NCBI RefSeq assembly: GCF_988243305.1 | Contig: NZ_OZ547136.1 | Direction: 5' to 3' (one strand) | DNA: 64,000 nucleotides | Shown: in pieces, positions 12,511-24,185 of the stretch | How the letters are laid out: each line of letters opens with the position of its first letter | How positions within the stretch are numbered: the stretch's first letter is position 1 | Made by a program: the position numbers and the translations under genes | Notes under the pieces: model-generated | Seen by the model: the letters and a program-made list of their open reading frames with translations, nothing else | What the model was told of the DNA's origin: nothing | Databases searched by the model: none

Positions 12511-12812
12511 TCCGGTAAGAACAAAGCGCGTGAAAATTCCCCACGCTGAGATGGTTTACTGTTCTTCTTTTCGGTAAGCATATTTTTTATCGAAGGGATG
12601 TGAAATTAATCACAGTAGTCGAAGTTTTTTAGCAGCTTAACTTACTGAAATTTAACTACTGGTGATTGACTTAGCCCCTTTTTCGGCATTGACTATGTCG
12701 TCTGAAAAGGGGCTGAAAAATTTATTTTCACCAACACTTTTTTTGCCACAACACGAAGCGGCGCTTTTTGCTATAACTTAGAAAGTAATATAATCATCTC
12801 AGGAAACTATTC

Positions 12813-13481
12813 ATGCTTACCACATCATTTGCGAAAGTTGCAGCTTTATGCGGCTTGTTGGCTCTGTCTGGTTGTGCCTCTAAAATCACCCAGCCAGATA
12901 AATATTCTGGTTTTTTAAACAATTACTCTGATTTAAAAGAAACAACCTCAGCAACAGGTAAACCTGTTTTACGTTGGGTAGACCCGAGTTTTGATCAAAG
13001 CAAATATGACAGCATCGTCTGGAACCCAATCACTTATTATCCGGTGCCAAAACCTTCTACCCAGGTAGGGCAGAAAGTTCTGGATAAAATTTTGAACTAT
13101 ACCAACACCGAAATGAAAGAAGCGATAGCGCAGCGTAAACCACTGGTTACCACCGCTGGGCCGCGTAGTCTGATTTTCCGTGGGGCCATTACCGGTGTTG
13201 ATACCAGCAAAGAAGGGCTTCAATTCTATGAAGTGGTTCCTGTCGCATTAGTGGTCGCGGGGACGCAAATGGCGACGGGCCACCGTACCATGGATACTCG
13301 CCTGTATTTTGAAGGTGAGCTGATTGATGCAGCGACTAATAAACCGGTTATCAAAGTCGTTCGTCAGGGCGAAGGTAAAGACCTGAATAACGAAAGTACG
13401 CCAATGGCTTTCGAAAATATTAAACAAGTTATTGATGACATGGCGACCGATGCCACCATGTTTGACGTTAACAAAAAGTAG
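12813..13481 (+). CDS. ydcL: lipoprotein YdcL
   Basis: 222-aa ORF; signal peptide with lipobox LSGCAS. Confidence 0.85.
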   Translation: MLTTSFAKVAALCGLLALSGCASKITQPDKYSGFLNNYSDLKETTSATGKPVLRWVDPSFDQSKYDSIVWNPITYYPVPKPSTQVGQKVLDKILNYTNTEMKEAIAQRKPLVTTAGPRSLIFRGAITGVDTSKEGLQFYEVVPVALVVAGTQMATGHRTMDTRLYFEGELIDAATNKPVIKVVRQGEGKDLNNESTPMAFENIKQVIDDMATDATMFDVNKK

Positions 13482-13489
13482 TTCCAGAC

Positions 13490-13516
13490 GCGCCATCGTT
13501 AGATGGCGCTTTTTAT
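13490..13516 (+). terminator. rho-independent terminator after ydcL
   Basis: GCGCCATC-GTTA-GATGGCGC hairpin followed by TTTTT, 9 nt after ydcL stop. Confidence 0.7.
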
Positions 13517-14688
13517 TATCGGTTTCTGTCAGCGATTAAATTCAACACCACGTAACAAACGCCTCCGGCAATTAATCCCCAAAACGCAGAACCAATCCCG
13601 AACAGCGTCAATCCACTTGCCGTTACCAGAAATGCCACCACCGCCGCGTCGCGCTCACGCTCATTATGCAGCGCCTGATACAAACTGCCGCCAATGGTAC
13701 TCAACAGCGCCAGACCTGCCAGCATCTGGATCCAACTTACGGGCAGGGCAGCCATCATCCCGGTAATGGCACTACCAAACAGACCTGCGAGCAAATAGAA
13801 AATGCCTGCAACGGCAGCGGCCAGCCAACGTTGATCTTTATCCGGATGCGCTTCCGGGCTTTGGCAAATAGCCGCGGTGATTGCCGCAATACCGACGGAA
13901 TAAACGCCGAAAGGGGAAAAAACCAGTGCCAGCAATCCAGTAAATACAATTAATGGCGAAACAGGAGCTGAATATCCGGCTGCTTTCATTGCTGCGATAC
14001 CCGGTGCGTTTTGCGATGCCATCGTCACCAGAAAAAGGGGGAGTGCAACGCTCAGGCTGTGAGCAAACGAAAAATCAGGGGTAATATAAGTGGGGAGAAC
14101 GGGTTTAAAGACAACATCAGTTGTGACAACGTCACCTTGCGCGATAACGATCACGATCCCAATAATCATCGCGGCAATTACCGCATAGCGCGGCGCAACG
14201 GCCCTGGTTGCCAGCCATACCAGCAACATACTGCCACACAACGTAAATTGACCCTCCAGACTGGCAAACGCCTGTAAACCAAAGCGTAATAAAATCCCGG
14301 CAAGCATTGCCGCCGCAAGCGAGTGCGGAATAATGCGCATCAGACGAGCAAAGAGTCCCGTTATGCCGCAGAGGACTATTAACGCGTTGGTGACAATAAA
14401 AACGCCGATGGCTTCGTTAAGTGTTAGTCCCTGTAATCCGGTGACCAACAAAGCCGCGCCAGGCGTTGACCATGCGGTGAGAACAGGTACGCGATACCAT
14501 AATGTCAGAGCCAGCGTACTGACGCCCATTGCCAGCCCCAGCGCCGTCATCCAGCCAGAGATTTGTGCAGTGGTGGCTCCGGCGACAATCGCTGCTTGCC
14601 AGATTATTGCCGCTGAACTGGCATAGCCAATTAATACCGCCAGAAACCCCGCCAGTAGCGTGGGTGGAGGAATAGAAAACAGACGCAT
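13516..14688 (-). CDS. ydcO: BenE-family inner-membrane transporter YdcO
   Basis: ORF call trimmed to Met at 14688 (MRLFSIPPPTLLAGF...) preceded by GAGGTGA; about 390 aa, multi-TM. Confidence 0.85.
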   Translation of the reverse strand: MRLFSIPPPTLLAGFLAVLIGYASSAAIIWQAAIVAGATTAQISGWMTALGLAMGVSTLALTLWYRVPVLTAWSTPGAALLVTGLQGLTLNEAIGVFIVTNALIVLCGITGLFARLMRIIPHSLAAAMLAGILLRFGLQAFASLEGQFTLCGSMLLVWLATRAVAPRYAVIAAMIIGIVIVIAQGDVVTTDVVFKPVLPTYITPDFSFAHSLSVALPLFLVTMASQNAPGIAAMKAAGYSAPVSPLIVFTGLLALVFSPFGVYSVGIAAITAAICQSPEAHPDKDQRWLAAAVAGIFYLLAGLFGSAITGMMAALPVSWIQMLAGLALLSTIGGSLYQALHNERERDAAVVAFLVTASGLTLFGIGSAFWGLIAGGVCYVVLNLIADRNR

Positions 14689-14779
14689 GGTCACCTCGTG
14701 CGTTATAGCGTACAGGTACCGTAGCATTTGTCCGTTATAACGCACAAGTGATAAACTTCCGCTTTGCCGGAGGAGTCAC

Positions 14780-15316
14780 ATGGAAAATCTCACTCGCTTT
14801 TTATCCACCACACTTAAACAACTACGTCAGCAGCGCGGCTGGAGTCTTTCGCGACTGGCAGAAGCGACGGGCGTTTCTAAAGCGATGTTAGGGCAGATTG
14901 AGCGTAATGAATCCAGCCCGACGGTCGCGACATTATGGAAAATTGCCACCGGGTTGAACGTGCCATTTTCGACATTTATTTCTCCGCCACAGTCCGCTAC
15001 GCCTTCAGTTTATGATCCACAACAGCAGGCGATGGTGATCACTTCACTGTTTCCTTATGATCCACAACTCTGCTTTGAACACTTCTCGATTCAGATGGCA
15101 CTTGGTGCAATAAGTGAATCGACGCCCCATGAAAAGGGGGTAATCGAACATGTCGTCGTCATTGATGGACAACTTGATCTGTGCGTTGATGGTGAATGGC
15201 AGAGCCTTAATTGTGGGGAAGGCGCTCGATTTGCTGCAGACGTCACGCATGTCTATCGTAATGGAGGGGAGCAAACCGTACATTTTCATTCCCTCATCCA
15301 TTACCCGCGCAGTTAA
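14780..15316 (+). CDS. ydcN: XRE-family HTH regulator with C-terminal cupin domain
   Basis: 178-aa ORF; HTH region LSRLAEATGVSKAMLGQIERNESSP; divergent from ydcO. Confidence 0.85.
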   Translation: MENLTRFLSTTLKQLRQQRGWSLSRLAEATGVSKAMLGQIERNESSPTVATLWKIATGLNVPFSTFISPPQSATPSVYDPQQQAMVITSLFPYDPQLCFEHFSIQMALGAISESTPHEKGVIEHVVVIDGQLDLCVDGEWQSLNCGEGARFAADVTHVYRNGGEQTVHFHSLIHYPRS

Positions 15317-15388
15317 GCGGGAAAACTATTTCGCAACGTCGCGCTTGTGGCTAAAATAGCCGCCATTTTTCAGCTACTGGATAAGAAA

Positions 15389-17350
15389 GTGACCGTATCT
15401 TCTCATCGTCTTGAACTGTTAAGTCCGGCACGCGATGCCGCCATTGCCCGCGAAGCTATTTTGCACGGTGCCGATGCTGTTTATATCGGCGGCCCTGGTT
15501 TTGGTGCCCGTCATAATGCCAGTAATAGCCTGAAAGATATTGCCGAGCTGGTGCCGTTTGCCCATCGTTATGGTGCAAAAATTTTCGTCACGCTTAACAC
15601 AATTTTGCATGATGATGAGCTGGAACCCGCGCAACGGCTGATTACTGACCTCTACCAGACCGGCGTCGATGCGCTGATTGTTCAGGATATGGGGATTCTG
15701 GAACTTGATATTCCGCCGATTGAACTGCACGCCAGTACGCAGTGCGACATTCGTACAGTAGAAAAAGCGAAGTTCCTCTCTGATGTTGGCTTCACGCAGA
15801 TTGTGCTGGCGCGAGAGCTGAATCTTGAGCAGATCCGCGCGATTCACCAGGCCACGGACGCGACCATTGAATTCTTTATTCATGGCGCACTGTGCGTGGC
15901 CTATTCGGGTCAGTGCTACATTTCTCATGCGCAAACAGGGCGTAGCGCCAACCGTGGCGATTGCTCGCAGGCGTGCCGTTTGCCATACACATTGAAAGAC
16001 GATCAGGGGCGGGTGGTTTCCTATGAAAAACATCTGCTGTCGATGAAAGATAACGATCAGACTGCCAACCTCGGCGCGCTGATTGATGCTGGCGTACGCT
16101 CCTTCAAGATTGAAGGGCGTTACAAAGATATGAGCTACGTGAAGAATATCACCGCCCATTATCGCCAGATGCTGGATGCCATTATTGAAGAACGTGGCGG
16201 TCTGACGCGTGCTTCATCAGGTCGTACTGAACATTTCTTTGTTCCATCGACGGAAAAGACTTTCCACCGTGGTAGCACAGATTATTTTGTGAATGCCCGT
16301 AAAGGCGATATTGGCGCGTTCGATTCGCCGAAATTTATCGGCCTGCCGGTGGGTGAAGTATTGAAAGTGGCGAAAGATCATCTCGATGTTGCCGTTTCCG
16401 AACCACTGGCAAATGGCGATGGCCTGAACGTGATGATTAAACGTGAAGTCGTCGGCTTTCGTGCCAATACGGTCGAGAAAACCGGAGAAAATCAGTACCG
16501 CGTCTGGCCCAATGAAATGCCAGCAGAGTTGCACAAAATTCGCCCGCATCACCCACTAAACCGTAATCTTGATCATAACTGGCAGCAGGCACTGACCAAA
16601 ACCTCCAGCGAACGTCGGGTGGCGGTAGACATTGAACTGGGCGGCTGGCAGGAACAACTGATTCTGACCCTCACCAGTGAAGAGGGTGTCAGCATCACGC
16701 ATACGCTGGACGGGCAGTTCGACGAAGCCAATAACGCCGAAAAAGCAATGAACAATCTAAAGGATGGTCTGGCAAAACTGGGGCAAACCATCTATTACGC
16801 CCGCGATGTGCAAATTAATTTGCCGGGTGCGCTGTTTGTACCAAACAGTCTGTTAAACCAGTTCCGCCGTGAAGCCGCCGACATGCTGGATGCTGCACGT
16901 CTTGCCGGTTACCAGCGGGGCAGCCGTAAACCGGTTGCTGATCCTGCGCCGGTTTATCCGCAAACGCATCTGAGTTTCCTCGCGAACGTATACAACCAGA
17001 AAGCGCGTGAATTTTATCATCGCTATGGTGTGCAGCTGATTGACGCGGCGTATGAGGCACATGAAGAGAAGGGCGAAGTCCCGGTGATGATCACTAAGCA
17101 TTGTCTGCGCTTTGCCTTCAATCTGTGCCCGAAACAGGCGAAAGGCAATATCAAAAGCTGGAAGGCGACGCCAATGCAGCTGGTTAACGGCGATGAAGTA
17201 TTAACGCTGAAATTTGATTGCCGTCCGTGTGAGATGCACGTCATCGGCAAAATTAAAAATCACATTCTGAAAATGCCGTTACCGGGAAGCGTAGTGGCAT
17301 CCGTTAGTCCGGATGAGCTGCTGAAAACATTGCCGAAGCGAAAAGGGTAA
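15389..17350 (+). CDS. ydcP: peptidase U32-family protein YdcP (RlhA, linked to 23S rRNA hydroxycytidine formation)
   Basis: Large ORF with U32 family sequence; start ambiguous between GTG 15347 and GTG 15389, the latter giving the recalled 653 aa. Confidence 0.8.
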   Translation: MTVSSHRLELLSPARDAAIAREAILHGADAVYIGGPGFGARHNASNSLKDIAELVPFAHRYGAKIFVTLNTILHDDELEPAQRLITDLYQTGVDALIVQDMGILELDIPPIELHASTQCDIRTVEKAKFLSDVGFTQIVLARELNLEQIRAIHQATDATIEFFIHGALCVAYSGQCYISHAQTGRSANRGDCSQACRLPYTLKDDQGRVVSYEKHLLSMKDNDQTANLGALIDAGVRSFKIEGRYKDMSYVKNITAHYRQMLDAIIEERGGLTRASSGRTEHFFVPSTEKTFHRGSTDYFVNARKGDIGAFDSPKFIGLPVGEVLKVAKDHLDVAVSEPLANGDGLNVMIKREVVGFRANTVEKTGENQYRVWPNEMPAELHKIRPHHPLNRNLDHNWQQALTKTSSERRVAVDIELGGWQEQLILTLTSEEGVSITHTLDGQFDEANNAEKAMNNLKDGLAKLGQTIYYARDVQINLPGALFVPNSLLNQFRREAADMLDAARLAGYQRGSRKPVADPAPVYPQTHLSFLANVYNQKAREFYHRYGVQLIDAAYEAHEEKGEVPVMITKHCLRFAFNLCPKQAKGNIKSWKATPMQLVNGDEVLTLKFDCRPCEMHVIGKIKNHILKMPLPGSVVASVSPDELLKTLPKRKG

Positions 17351-17441
17351 AACGCCAGTTTTCTGGTTACTCACAACTCATCAAATCTGCATGATATTGC
17401 CTGCCGGGTAAGGCGTCATGCCGCATCCGGCAACAAATGAC

Positions 17442-17672
17442 TCAACGCTGTCCTGCTTCTGGTTTGCGCGATTTTTGCCAGTAAAAATGCTCGCGCAAAC
17501 CTTCCGCCGACTCTTCCGCCACAGCACGCAATTCATCGCTGTCCGCTTCATGACGCAGTTGATGATCCACATTCTTTACCCACACAAATTCATGTCCTTT
17601 GTGCCCTGCCATGAGTTGTCCTGAGAACAGCGCACACGTTAATAAGACAACCGATAACACCTTCGAAAACAT
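17442..17672 (-). CDS. yncJ: small secreted protein YncJ
   Basis: 76-aa ORF with N-terminal signal peptide MFSKVLSVVLLTCALFSGQLMA. Confidence 0.8.
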   Translation of the reverse strand: MFSKVLSVVLLTCALFSGQLMAGHKGHEFVWVKNVDHQLRHEADSDELRAVAEESAEGLREHFYWQKSRKPEAGQR

Positions 17673-17893
17673 CCCACCACCTTTTTCTGACCTTTTGCCG
17701 CTATGATGCCGATCGTTTCTTGAGGTTATTATTCAGTTTTGCAAATTAGCGCAAAGAAATTCTGGAATCTTCCTTCCTGATTTTGCATTGCATTCTGCCG
17801 TTGCGGCGATTTAGTGCTATTTTCGAGCACATTACACACGGAGGTAAACACTAATGTTTACTTTGTTGATATACTCAGCGGCAGGGAGGCGAT

Positions 17894-18070
17894 GTGAAAC
17901 AAAGCGAGTTCAGACGTTGGCTCGAATCTCAGGGCGTCGATGTAGCGAATGGCAGCAACCATTTAAAACTCAGGTTTCACGGGAGGCGCAGTGTCATGCC
18001 GCGTCACCCCTGCGATGAGATTAAAGAACCATTGCGTAAAGCAATCCTGAAACAACTCGGTTTGAGTTAA
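17894..18070 (+). CDS. hicA: HicA mRNA interferase toxin (58 aa, GTG start)
   Basis: Hand-translated ORF below table cutoff: (V/M)KQSEFRRWLESQGVDVANGSNHLKLRFHGRRSVMPRHPCDEIKEPLRKAILKQLGLS; GGAGG upstream; immediately precedes hicB. Confidence 0.88.
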   Translation: MKQSEFRRWLESQGVDVANGSNHLKLRFHGRRSVMPRHPCDEIKEPLRKAILKQLGLS

Positions 18071-18094
18071 TCGCCAATTAAAAAGGTTAATGAC

Positions 18095-18532
<438 letters not shown>

Positions 18533-18610
18533 TTACAGTTAACGAAAAGTTGTCATTTTTAACAACTGATATAGACTGCCGAATCATCTGCACATAATTA
18601 CGATTCGATA

Positions 18611-20017
18611 ATGAAAAAATACCAGCAGCTTGCAGAACAATTACGCGAGCAGATTGCGTCGGGTATCTGGCAACCCGGAGATCGTTTGCCTTCGTTGCGT
18701 GACCAGGTGGCGCTTTCTGGCATGAGCTTTATGACCGTGAGCCATGCCTATCAGTTGCTCGAAAGTCAGGGACATATTATCGCGCGACCGCAGTCGGGTT
18801 ATTACGTTGCGACACAGGCAATAAAAATGCCGAAAGCGCCAGTCATTCCTGTCACTCGAGATGAAGCAGTCGATATCAACACCTATATTTTTGATATGTT
18901 GCAGGCCAGTCGCGATCCGTCGGTAGTTCCGTTTGCCTCGGCCTTTCCCGACCCGCGACTTTTCCCCCTCCAACAACTAAACCGCTCGCTGGCGCAGGTA
19001 AGCAAAACCGCCACGGCGATGAGCGTGATTGAAAACTTACCGCCAGGAAACGCAGAACTGCGTCAGGCTATTGCTCGTCGCTATGCCTTACAGGGCATCA
19101 CTATTTCTCCTGATGAAATTGTCATTACCGCCGGGGCGTTAGAGGCATTAAACCTCAGTTTACAAGCGGTCACTGAACCGGGCGATTGGGTGATAGTAGA
19201 GAATCCTTGTTTCTACGGCGCGTTGCAGGCGCTGGAGCGGTTACGGCTGAAGGCGTTATCGGTGGCGACGGACGTTAAAGAAGGGATTGATCTCAAGGCG
19301 CTGGAACTGGCGTTGCAGGAGTATCCGGTGAAAGCGTGCTGGCTGATGACTAATAGCCAGAATCCACTCGGATTTACCTTAACGCCGCAGAAAAAAGCGC
19401 GGCTGGTAGCGTTGCTCAATCAGTACAACGTAACGCTGATTGAAGATGACGTTTACAGCGAACTTTATTTTGGACGGGAAAAACCGCTGCCTGCGAAAGC
19501 GTGGGATCACCACGATGGTGTTTTGCATTGCTCTTCGTTTTCGAAATATCTGGTGCCTGGTTTTCGTATTGGTTGGGTCGCCGCCGGAAAACATGCACGT
19601 AAAATTCAACGCTTGCAGTTGATGAGTACGCTTTCCACCAGCTCACCGATGCAGCTTGCACTGGTGGATTACCTTTCCACGCGCCGATACGACGCCCATC
19701 TTCGTCGCTTGCGTCGCCAGCTTGCGGAGCGTAAACAACGTGCCTGGCAGGCACTGCTGCGTTATCTGCCTGCGGAAGTGAAAATTCATCATAATGACAG
19801 CGGTTATTTTCTCTGGCTGGAACTCCCCGCGCCGTTAGATGCGGGCGAATTAAGCCTGGCGGCACTGACGCATCATATCAGTATTGCGCCGGGTAAAATG
19901 TTTTCTACCGGTGAAAACTGGTCACGTTTTTTCCGTTTTAATACCGCGTGGCAGTGGGGAGAACGTGAAGAACAGGCGGTTAAACAATTAGGCAAACTTA
20001 TTCAAGAACGGCTGTAA
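18611..20017 (+). CDS. ydcR: MocR/GntR-family regulator with aminotransferase-like domain
   Basis: 468-aa ORF; N-terminal winged HTH and PLP-fold C-terminal domain. Confidence 0.85.
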   Translation: MKKYQQLAEQLREQIASGIWQPGDRLPSLRDQVALSGMSFMTVSHAYQLLESQGHIIARPQSGYYVATQAIKMPKAPVIPVTRDEAVDINTYIFDMLQASRDPSVVPFASAFPDPRLFPLQQLNRSLAQVSKTATAMSVIENLPPGNAELRQAIARRYALQGITISPDEIVITAGALEALNLSLQAVTEPGDWVIVENPCFYGALQALERLRLKALSVATDVKEGIDLKALELALQEYPVKACWLMTNSQNPLGFTLTPQKKARLVALLNQYNVTLIEDDVYSELYFGREKPLPAKAWDHHDGVLHCSSFSKYLVPGFRIGWVAAGKHARKIQRLQLMSTLSTSSPMQLALVDYLSTRRYDAHLRRLRRQLAERKQRAWQALLRYLPAEVKIHHNDSGYFLWLELPAPLDAGELSLAALTHHISIAPGKMFSTGENWSRFFRFNTAWQWGEREEQAVKQLGKLIQERL

Positions 20018-20261
20018 TAGCGTTTAATTAAATTCCTCTCAGGTTGGGTAATATGAATTTCGAATAGCAGTCATATTTCCTAACTCCTTGTCTATACTCC
20101 AGAAGATAACCTTACAGACGGCATAATGCGCGGTAGCTCACAACCTGATTAAATTTTCTCAGGGGCGAAGGTGTGCCTGCTAGCCGCCGTCTATGGTTAA
20201 ACAAGGAGATATTTTTACGGCACGGCGGCTGAACAATTAATTACGACAGGAGTAAGACTTT

Positions 20262-21407
20262 ATGAGCAAGACATTTGCCCGCAGCAGCCTGTGTGCGCTC
20301 ACCATGACAATAATGACCGCTCACGCCGCCGAACCACCTACCAATTTAGATAAACCGGAAGGGCGACTGGATATTATCGCCTGGCCGGGATACATCGAAC
20401 GCGGACAAACTGATAAACAATACGACTGGGTAACGCAATTCGAAAAAGAGACAGGCTGCGCGGTGAATGTTAAAACCGCCGCGACTTCCGATGAAATGGT
20501 CAGTCTGATGGCCAAAGGGGGTTACGATCTGGTTACGGCATCCGGCGATGCCTCGCTGCGCCTGATTATGGGCAAACGCGTGCAGCCGATTAATACCGCC
20601 TTGATTCCCAACTGGAAAGCGCTCGATCCGCGCGTGGTTAAAGGCGACTGGTTTAACGTTGGCGGCAAAGTTTACGGCACACCTTACCAATGGGGGCCGA
20701 ACCTGCTGATGTACAACACTAAAACCTTCCCGACGCCACCGGATAGCTGGCAAGTGGTTTTTGTTGAGCAGAATCTGCCGGACGGCAAGAGCAATAAAGG
20801 CCGCGTACAGGCCTATGATGGCCCTATCTACATTGCGGACGCTGCGTTGTTCGTTAAAGCCACTCAGCCGCAGTTGGGCATCAGCGATCCGTATCAACTC
20901 ACCGAAGAACAGTACCAGGCGGTGCTGAAAGTGCTGCGCGATCAACATAGTTTGATCCATCGCTACTGGCATGACACTACCGTACAAATGAGCGATTTCA
21001 AAAACGAGGGTGTGGTTGCATCCAGTGCCTGGCCCTATCAGGCCAACGCCCTGAAAGCCGAAGGCCAGCCTGTCGCTACCGTTTTCCCGAAAGAGGGCGT
21101 TACCGGTTGGGCTGACACCACCATGCTACATAGCGAAGCGAAACATCCGGTTTGCGCCTACAAATGGATGAACTGGTCATTAACGCCAAAAGTGCAGGGC
21201 GATGTGGCGGCCTGGTTTGGCTCGTTACCGGTAGTGCCGGAAGGGTGTAAAGCCAGTCCGTTATTAGGCGAAAAAGGTTGTGAAACCAACGGTTTTAACT
21301 ATTTCGATAAAATCGCCTTCTGGAAAACGCCTATAGCAGAAGGGGGCAAGTTTGTTCCCTACAGTCGCTGGACGCAGGATTACATTGCCATTATGGGCGG
21401 TCGCTAA
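20262..21407 (+). CDS. ydcS: ABC transporter periplasmic substrate-binding protein (polyamine-type)
   Basis: 381-aa ORF with signal peptide; first gene of ydcSTUV-patD cluster. Confidence 0.85.
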   Translation: MSKTFARSSLCALTMTIMTAHAAEPPTNLDKPEGRLDIIAWPGYIERGQTDKQYDWVTQFEKETGCAVNVKTAATSDEMVSLMAKGGYDLVTASGDASLRLIMGKRVQPINTALIPNWKALDPRVVKGDWFNVGGKVYGTPYQWGPNLLMYNTKTFPTPPDSWQVVFVEQNLPDGKSNKGRVQAYDGPIYIADAALFVKATQPQLGISDPYQLTEEQYQAVLKVLRDQHSLIHRYWHDTTVQMSDFKNEGVVASSAWPYQANALKAEGQPVATVFPKEGVTGWADTTMLHSEAKHPVCAYKWMNWSLTPKVQGDVAAWFGSLPVVPEGCKASPLLGEKGCETNGFNYFDKIAFWKTPIAEGGKFVPYSRWTQDYIAIMGGR

Positions 21408-21424
21408 CTTCGCTGGAGTGTTTT

Positions 21425-22438
21425 ATGACGTACGCAGTGGAGTTTGACAACGTCTCGCGGTTGTACGGTGACGTGCGCGCAGTAGATGGCGTCAGTATTG
21501 CGATAAAAGATGGTGAGTTCTTCTCTATGCTGGGGCCATCCGGCTCCGGCAAAACTACCTGCCTGCGCCTGATTGCTGGCTTCGAACAGCTTTCCGGCGG
21601 GGCTATCTCTATCTTTGGTAAACCCGCCAGCAATCTGCCACCGTGGGAGCGGGACGTGAATACTGTCTTCCAGGACTACGCGCTATTTCCGCATATGTCG
21701 ATTCTTGACAACGTGGCCTACGGGCTGATGGTCAAAGGCGTGAATAAAAAACAGCGGCATGCTATGGCGCAAGAAGCGCTGGAGAAAGTGGCGCTGGGTT
21801 TTGTTCAGCAACGTAAGCCGTCACAGCTTTCTGGTGGTCAACGTCAGCGAGTCGCCATTGCCAGAGCATTGGTGAATGAACCGCGTGTGTTGTTGCTGGA
21901 TGAACCGCTCGGCGCGTTGGATCTCAAATTGCGTGAGCAGATGCAACTGGAACTGAAAAAGCTGCAACAGTCTCTCGGTATCACTTTTATCTTCGTTACC
22001 CACGATCAGGGCGAAGCGTTATCGATGTCTGATCGTGTTGCGGTTTTCAATAATGGACGCATTGAGCAGGTCGATTCCCCGCGCGATCTCTATATGCGCC
22101 CGCGCACGCCGTTTGTTGCCGGGTTCGTTGGTACATCGAATGTTTTTGATGGACTGATGGCAGAGAAACTTTGTGGCATGACGGGAAGCTTCGCCCTGCG
22201 ACCGGAACATATCCGCTTCAACACCCCCGGCGAAGTGCAGGCTAATGGCACGATCCAGGCAGTGCAATATCAGGGAGCGGCAACTCGTTTTGAACTGAGA
22301 CTGAACGGCGGTGAAAAACTGCTGGTGAGTCAGGCCAATATGACAGGCGAAGAACTGCCTGCCACGCTCACGCCCGGACAACAGGTGATGGTTTCCTGGT
22401 CGCGTGATGTGATGGTGCCGCTGGTTGAGGAGAGGTGA
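21425..22438 (+). CDS. ydcT: ABC transporter ATP-binding protein
   Basis: Walker A GPSGSGKTT, signature LSGGQRQRVA, Walker B LLLDEP. Confidence 0.9.
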   Translation: MTYAVEFDNVSRLYGDVRAVDGVSIAIKDGEFFSMLGPSGSGKTTCLRLIAGFEQLSGGAISIFGKPASNLPPWERDVNTVFQDYALFPHMSILDNVAYGLMVKGVNKKQRHAMAQEALEKVALGFVQQRKPSQLSGGQRQRVAIARALVNEPRVLLLDEPLGALDLKLREQMQLELKKLQQSLGITFIFVTHDQGEALSMSDRVAVFNNGRIEQVDSPRDLYMRPRTPFVAGFVGTSNVFDGLMAEKLCGMTGSFALRPEHIRFNTPGEVQANGTIQAVQYQGAATRFELRLNGGEKLLVSQANMTGEELPATLTPGQQVMVSWSRDVMVPLVEER

Positions 22439-23380
22439 ATGGCGATGAATGTATTGCAATCACCTTCACGTCCAGGTCTGGGTAAGGTGTCCGGTTTCTT
22501 CTGGCGTAATCCGGGGCTGGGGCTGTTTTTACTGCTGCTTGGCCCGCTAATGTGGTTTGGCATTGTCTATTTCGGCTCGCTGTTAACGCTGTTATGGCAG
22601 GGATTTTATACCTTTGACGATTTCACCATGTCGGTAACGCCGGAACTGACGCTGGCGAATATCCGTGCGCTGTTTAATCCGGCGAATTACGACATCATTC
22701 TCCGCACGCTGACTATGGCTGTGGCAGTCACTATCGCCAGCGCCATTCTGGCTTTTCCAATGGCGTGGTATATGGCGCGCTATACCAGCGGGAAAATGAA
22801 AGCGTTTTTTTATATTGCGGTAATGTTGCCGATGTGGGCGAGCTACATTGTTAAAGCCTATGCCTGGACGTTATTGCTGGCAAAAGATGGCGTGGCTCAG
22901 TGGTTTTTACAACATCTTGGGCTGGAACCACTGCTGACTGCGTTCCTTACATTACCTGCGGTGGGCGGCAATACGCTGTCAACTTCCGGGCTGGGGCGCT
23001 TTCTGGTGTTTCTCTATATCTGGCTGCCGTTCATGATCCTGCCCGTGCAGGCGGCGCTTGAGCGTTTGCCGCCGTCATTGTTGCAGGCGTCGGCTGATCT
23101 TGGCGCGCGTCCACGGCAAACCTTTCGCTATGTGGTGCTGCCGCTGGCAATCCCTGGTATTGCCGCTGGCTCTATCTTTACCTTTTCACTCACACTGGGC
23201 GATTTTATTGTTCCGCAGCTGGTTGGCCCTCCAGGATATTTTATCGGCAATATGGTTTATTCCCAGCAGGGAGCGATTGGCAATATGCCGATGGCGGCGG
23301 CATTCACCCTGGTGCCGATTGTTCTCATCGCACTGTACCTGGCGTTCGTGAAACGTCTGGGAGCGTTCGATGCACTCTGA
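22439..23380 (+). CDS. ydcU: ABC transporter permease
   Basis: 313-aa multi-TM ORF abutting ydcT stop. Confidence 0.85.
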   Translation: MAMNVLQSPSRPGLGKVSGFFWRNPGLGLFLLLLGPLMWFGIVYFGSLLTLLWQGFYTFDDFTMSVTPELTLANIRALFNPANYDIILRTLTMAVAVTIASAILAFPMAWYMARYTSGKMKAFFYIAVMLPMWASYIVKAYAWTLLLAKDGVAQWFLQHLGLEPLLTAFLTLPAVGGNTLSTSGLGRFLVFLYIWLPFMILPVQAALERLPPSLLQASADLGARPRQTFRYVVLPLAIPGIAAGSIFTFSLTLGDFIVPQLVGPPGYFIGNMVYSQQGAIGNMPMAAAFTLVPIVLIALYLAFVKRLGAFDAL

Positions 23381-24164
23381 ACGCGCACCGTTTTTCCTCA
23401 AACTGGCGGCCTGGGGCGGCGTTGTTTTCCTACATTTTCCCATCCTGATAATCGCCGCCTATGCGTTCAACACTGAAGGTGCGGCGTTTAGTTTTCCACC
23501 GCAGGGCCTGACGCTGCGCTGGTTTAGCGTGGCAGCACAGCGTAGTGATATTCTTGATGCCGTGACACTGTCACTTAAAGTGGCGGCGCTGGCGACATTA
23601 ATGGCGCTGGTGTTAGGGACGCTGGCCGCTGCCGCGCTGTGGCGACGAGACTTTTTCGGCAAAAACGCCATTTCGCTGTTACTGCTGCTGCCCATTGCGC
23701 TGCCGGGCATTGTCACTGGTCTGGCGTTGTTAACCGCCTTTAAAACCATCAATCTGGAGCCGGGATTTTTCACCATCGTGGTCGGTCATGCGACTTTTTG
23801 TGTAGTTGTGGTGTTTAACAATGTCATCGCCCGTTTTCGCCGCACCTCGTGGAGTCTGGTTGAGGCGTCAATGGATCTTGGGGCCAATGGCTGGCAAACC
23901 TTCCGCTACGTAGTGTTGCCGAATCTCAGTTCGGCGTTACTGGCAGGAGGAATGCTGGCGTTTGCCTTGTCGTTCGATGAAATCATCGTGACGACCTTTA
24001 CGGCAGGTCATGAACGAACGTTACCGTTGTGGTTGCTCAATCAGCTTGGGCGACCGCGTGATGTACCGGTAACTAACGTGGTGGCACTGCTGGTTATGTT
24101 GGTAACAACCTTGCCGATCCTGGGGGCCTGGTGGCTAACCCGCGAAGGCGACAATGGTCAATAA
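23370..24164 (+). CDS. ydcV: ABC transporter permease
   Basis: 264-aa multi-TM ORF overlapping ydcU end. Confidence 0.85.
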   Translation: MHSERAPFFLKLAAWGGVVFLHFPILIIAAYAFNTEGAAFSFPPQGLTLRWFSVAAQRSDILDAVTLSLKVAALATLMALVLGTLAAAALWRRDFFGKNAISLLLLLPIALPGIVTGLALLTAFKTINLEPGFFTIVVGHATFCVVVVFNNVIARFRRTSWSLVEASMDLGANGWQTFRYVVLPNLSSALLAGGMLAFALSFDEIIVTTFTAGHERTLPLWLLNQLGRPRDVPVTNVVALLVMLVTTLPILGAWWLTREGDNGQ

Positions 24165-24185
24165 CCACTGATACAGGAATATGCT

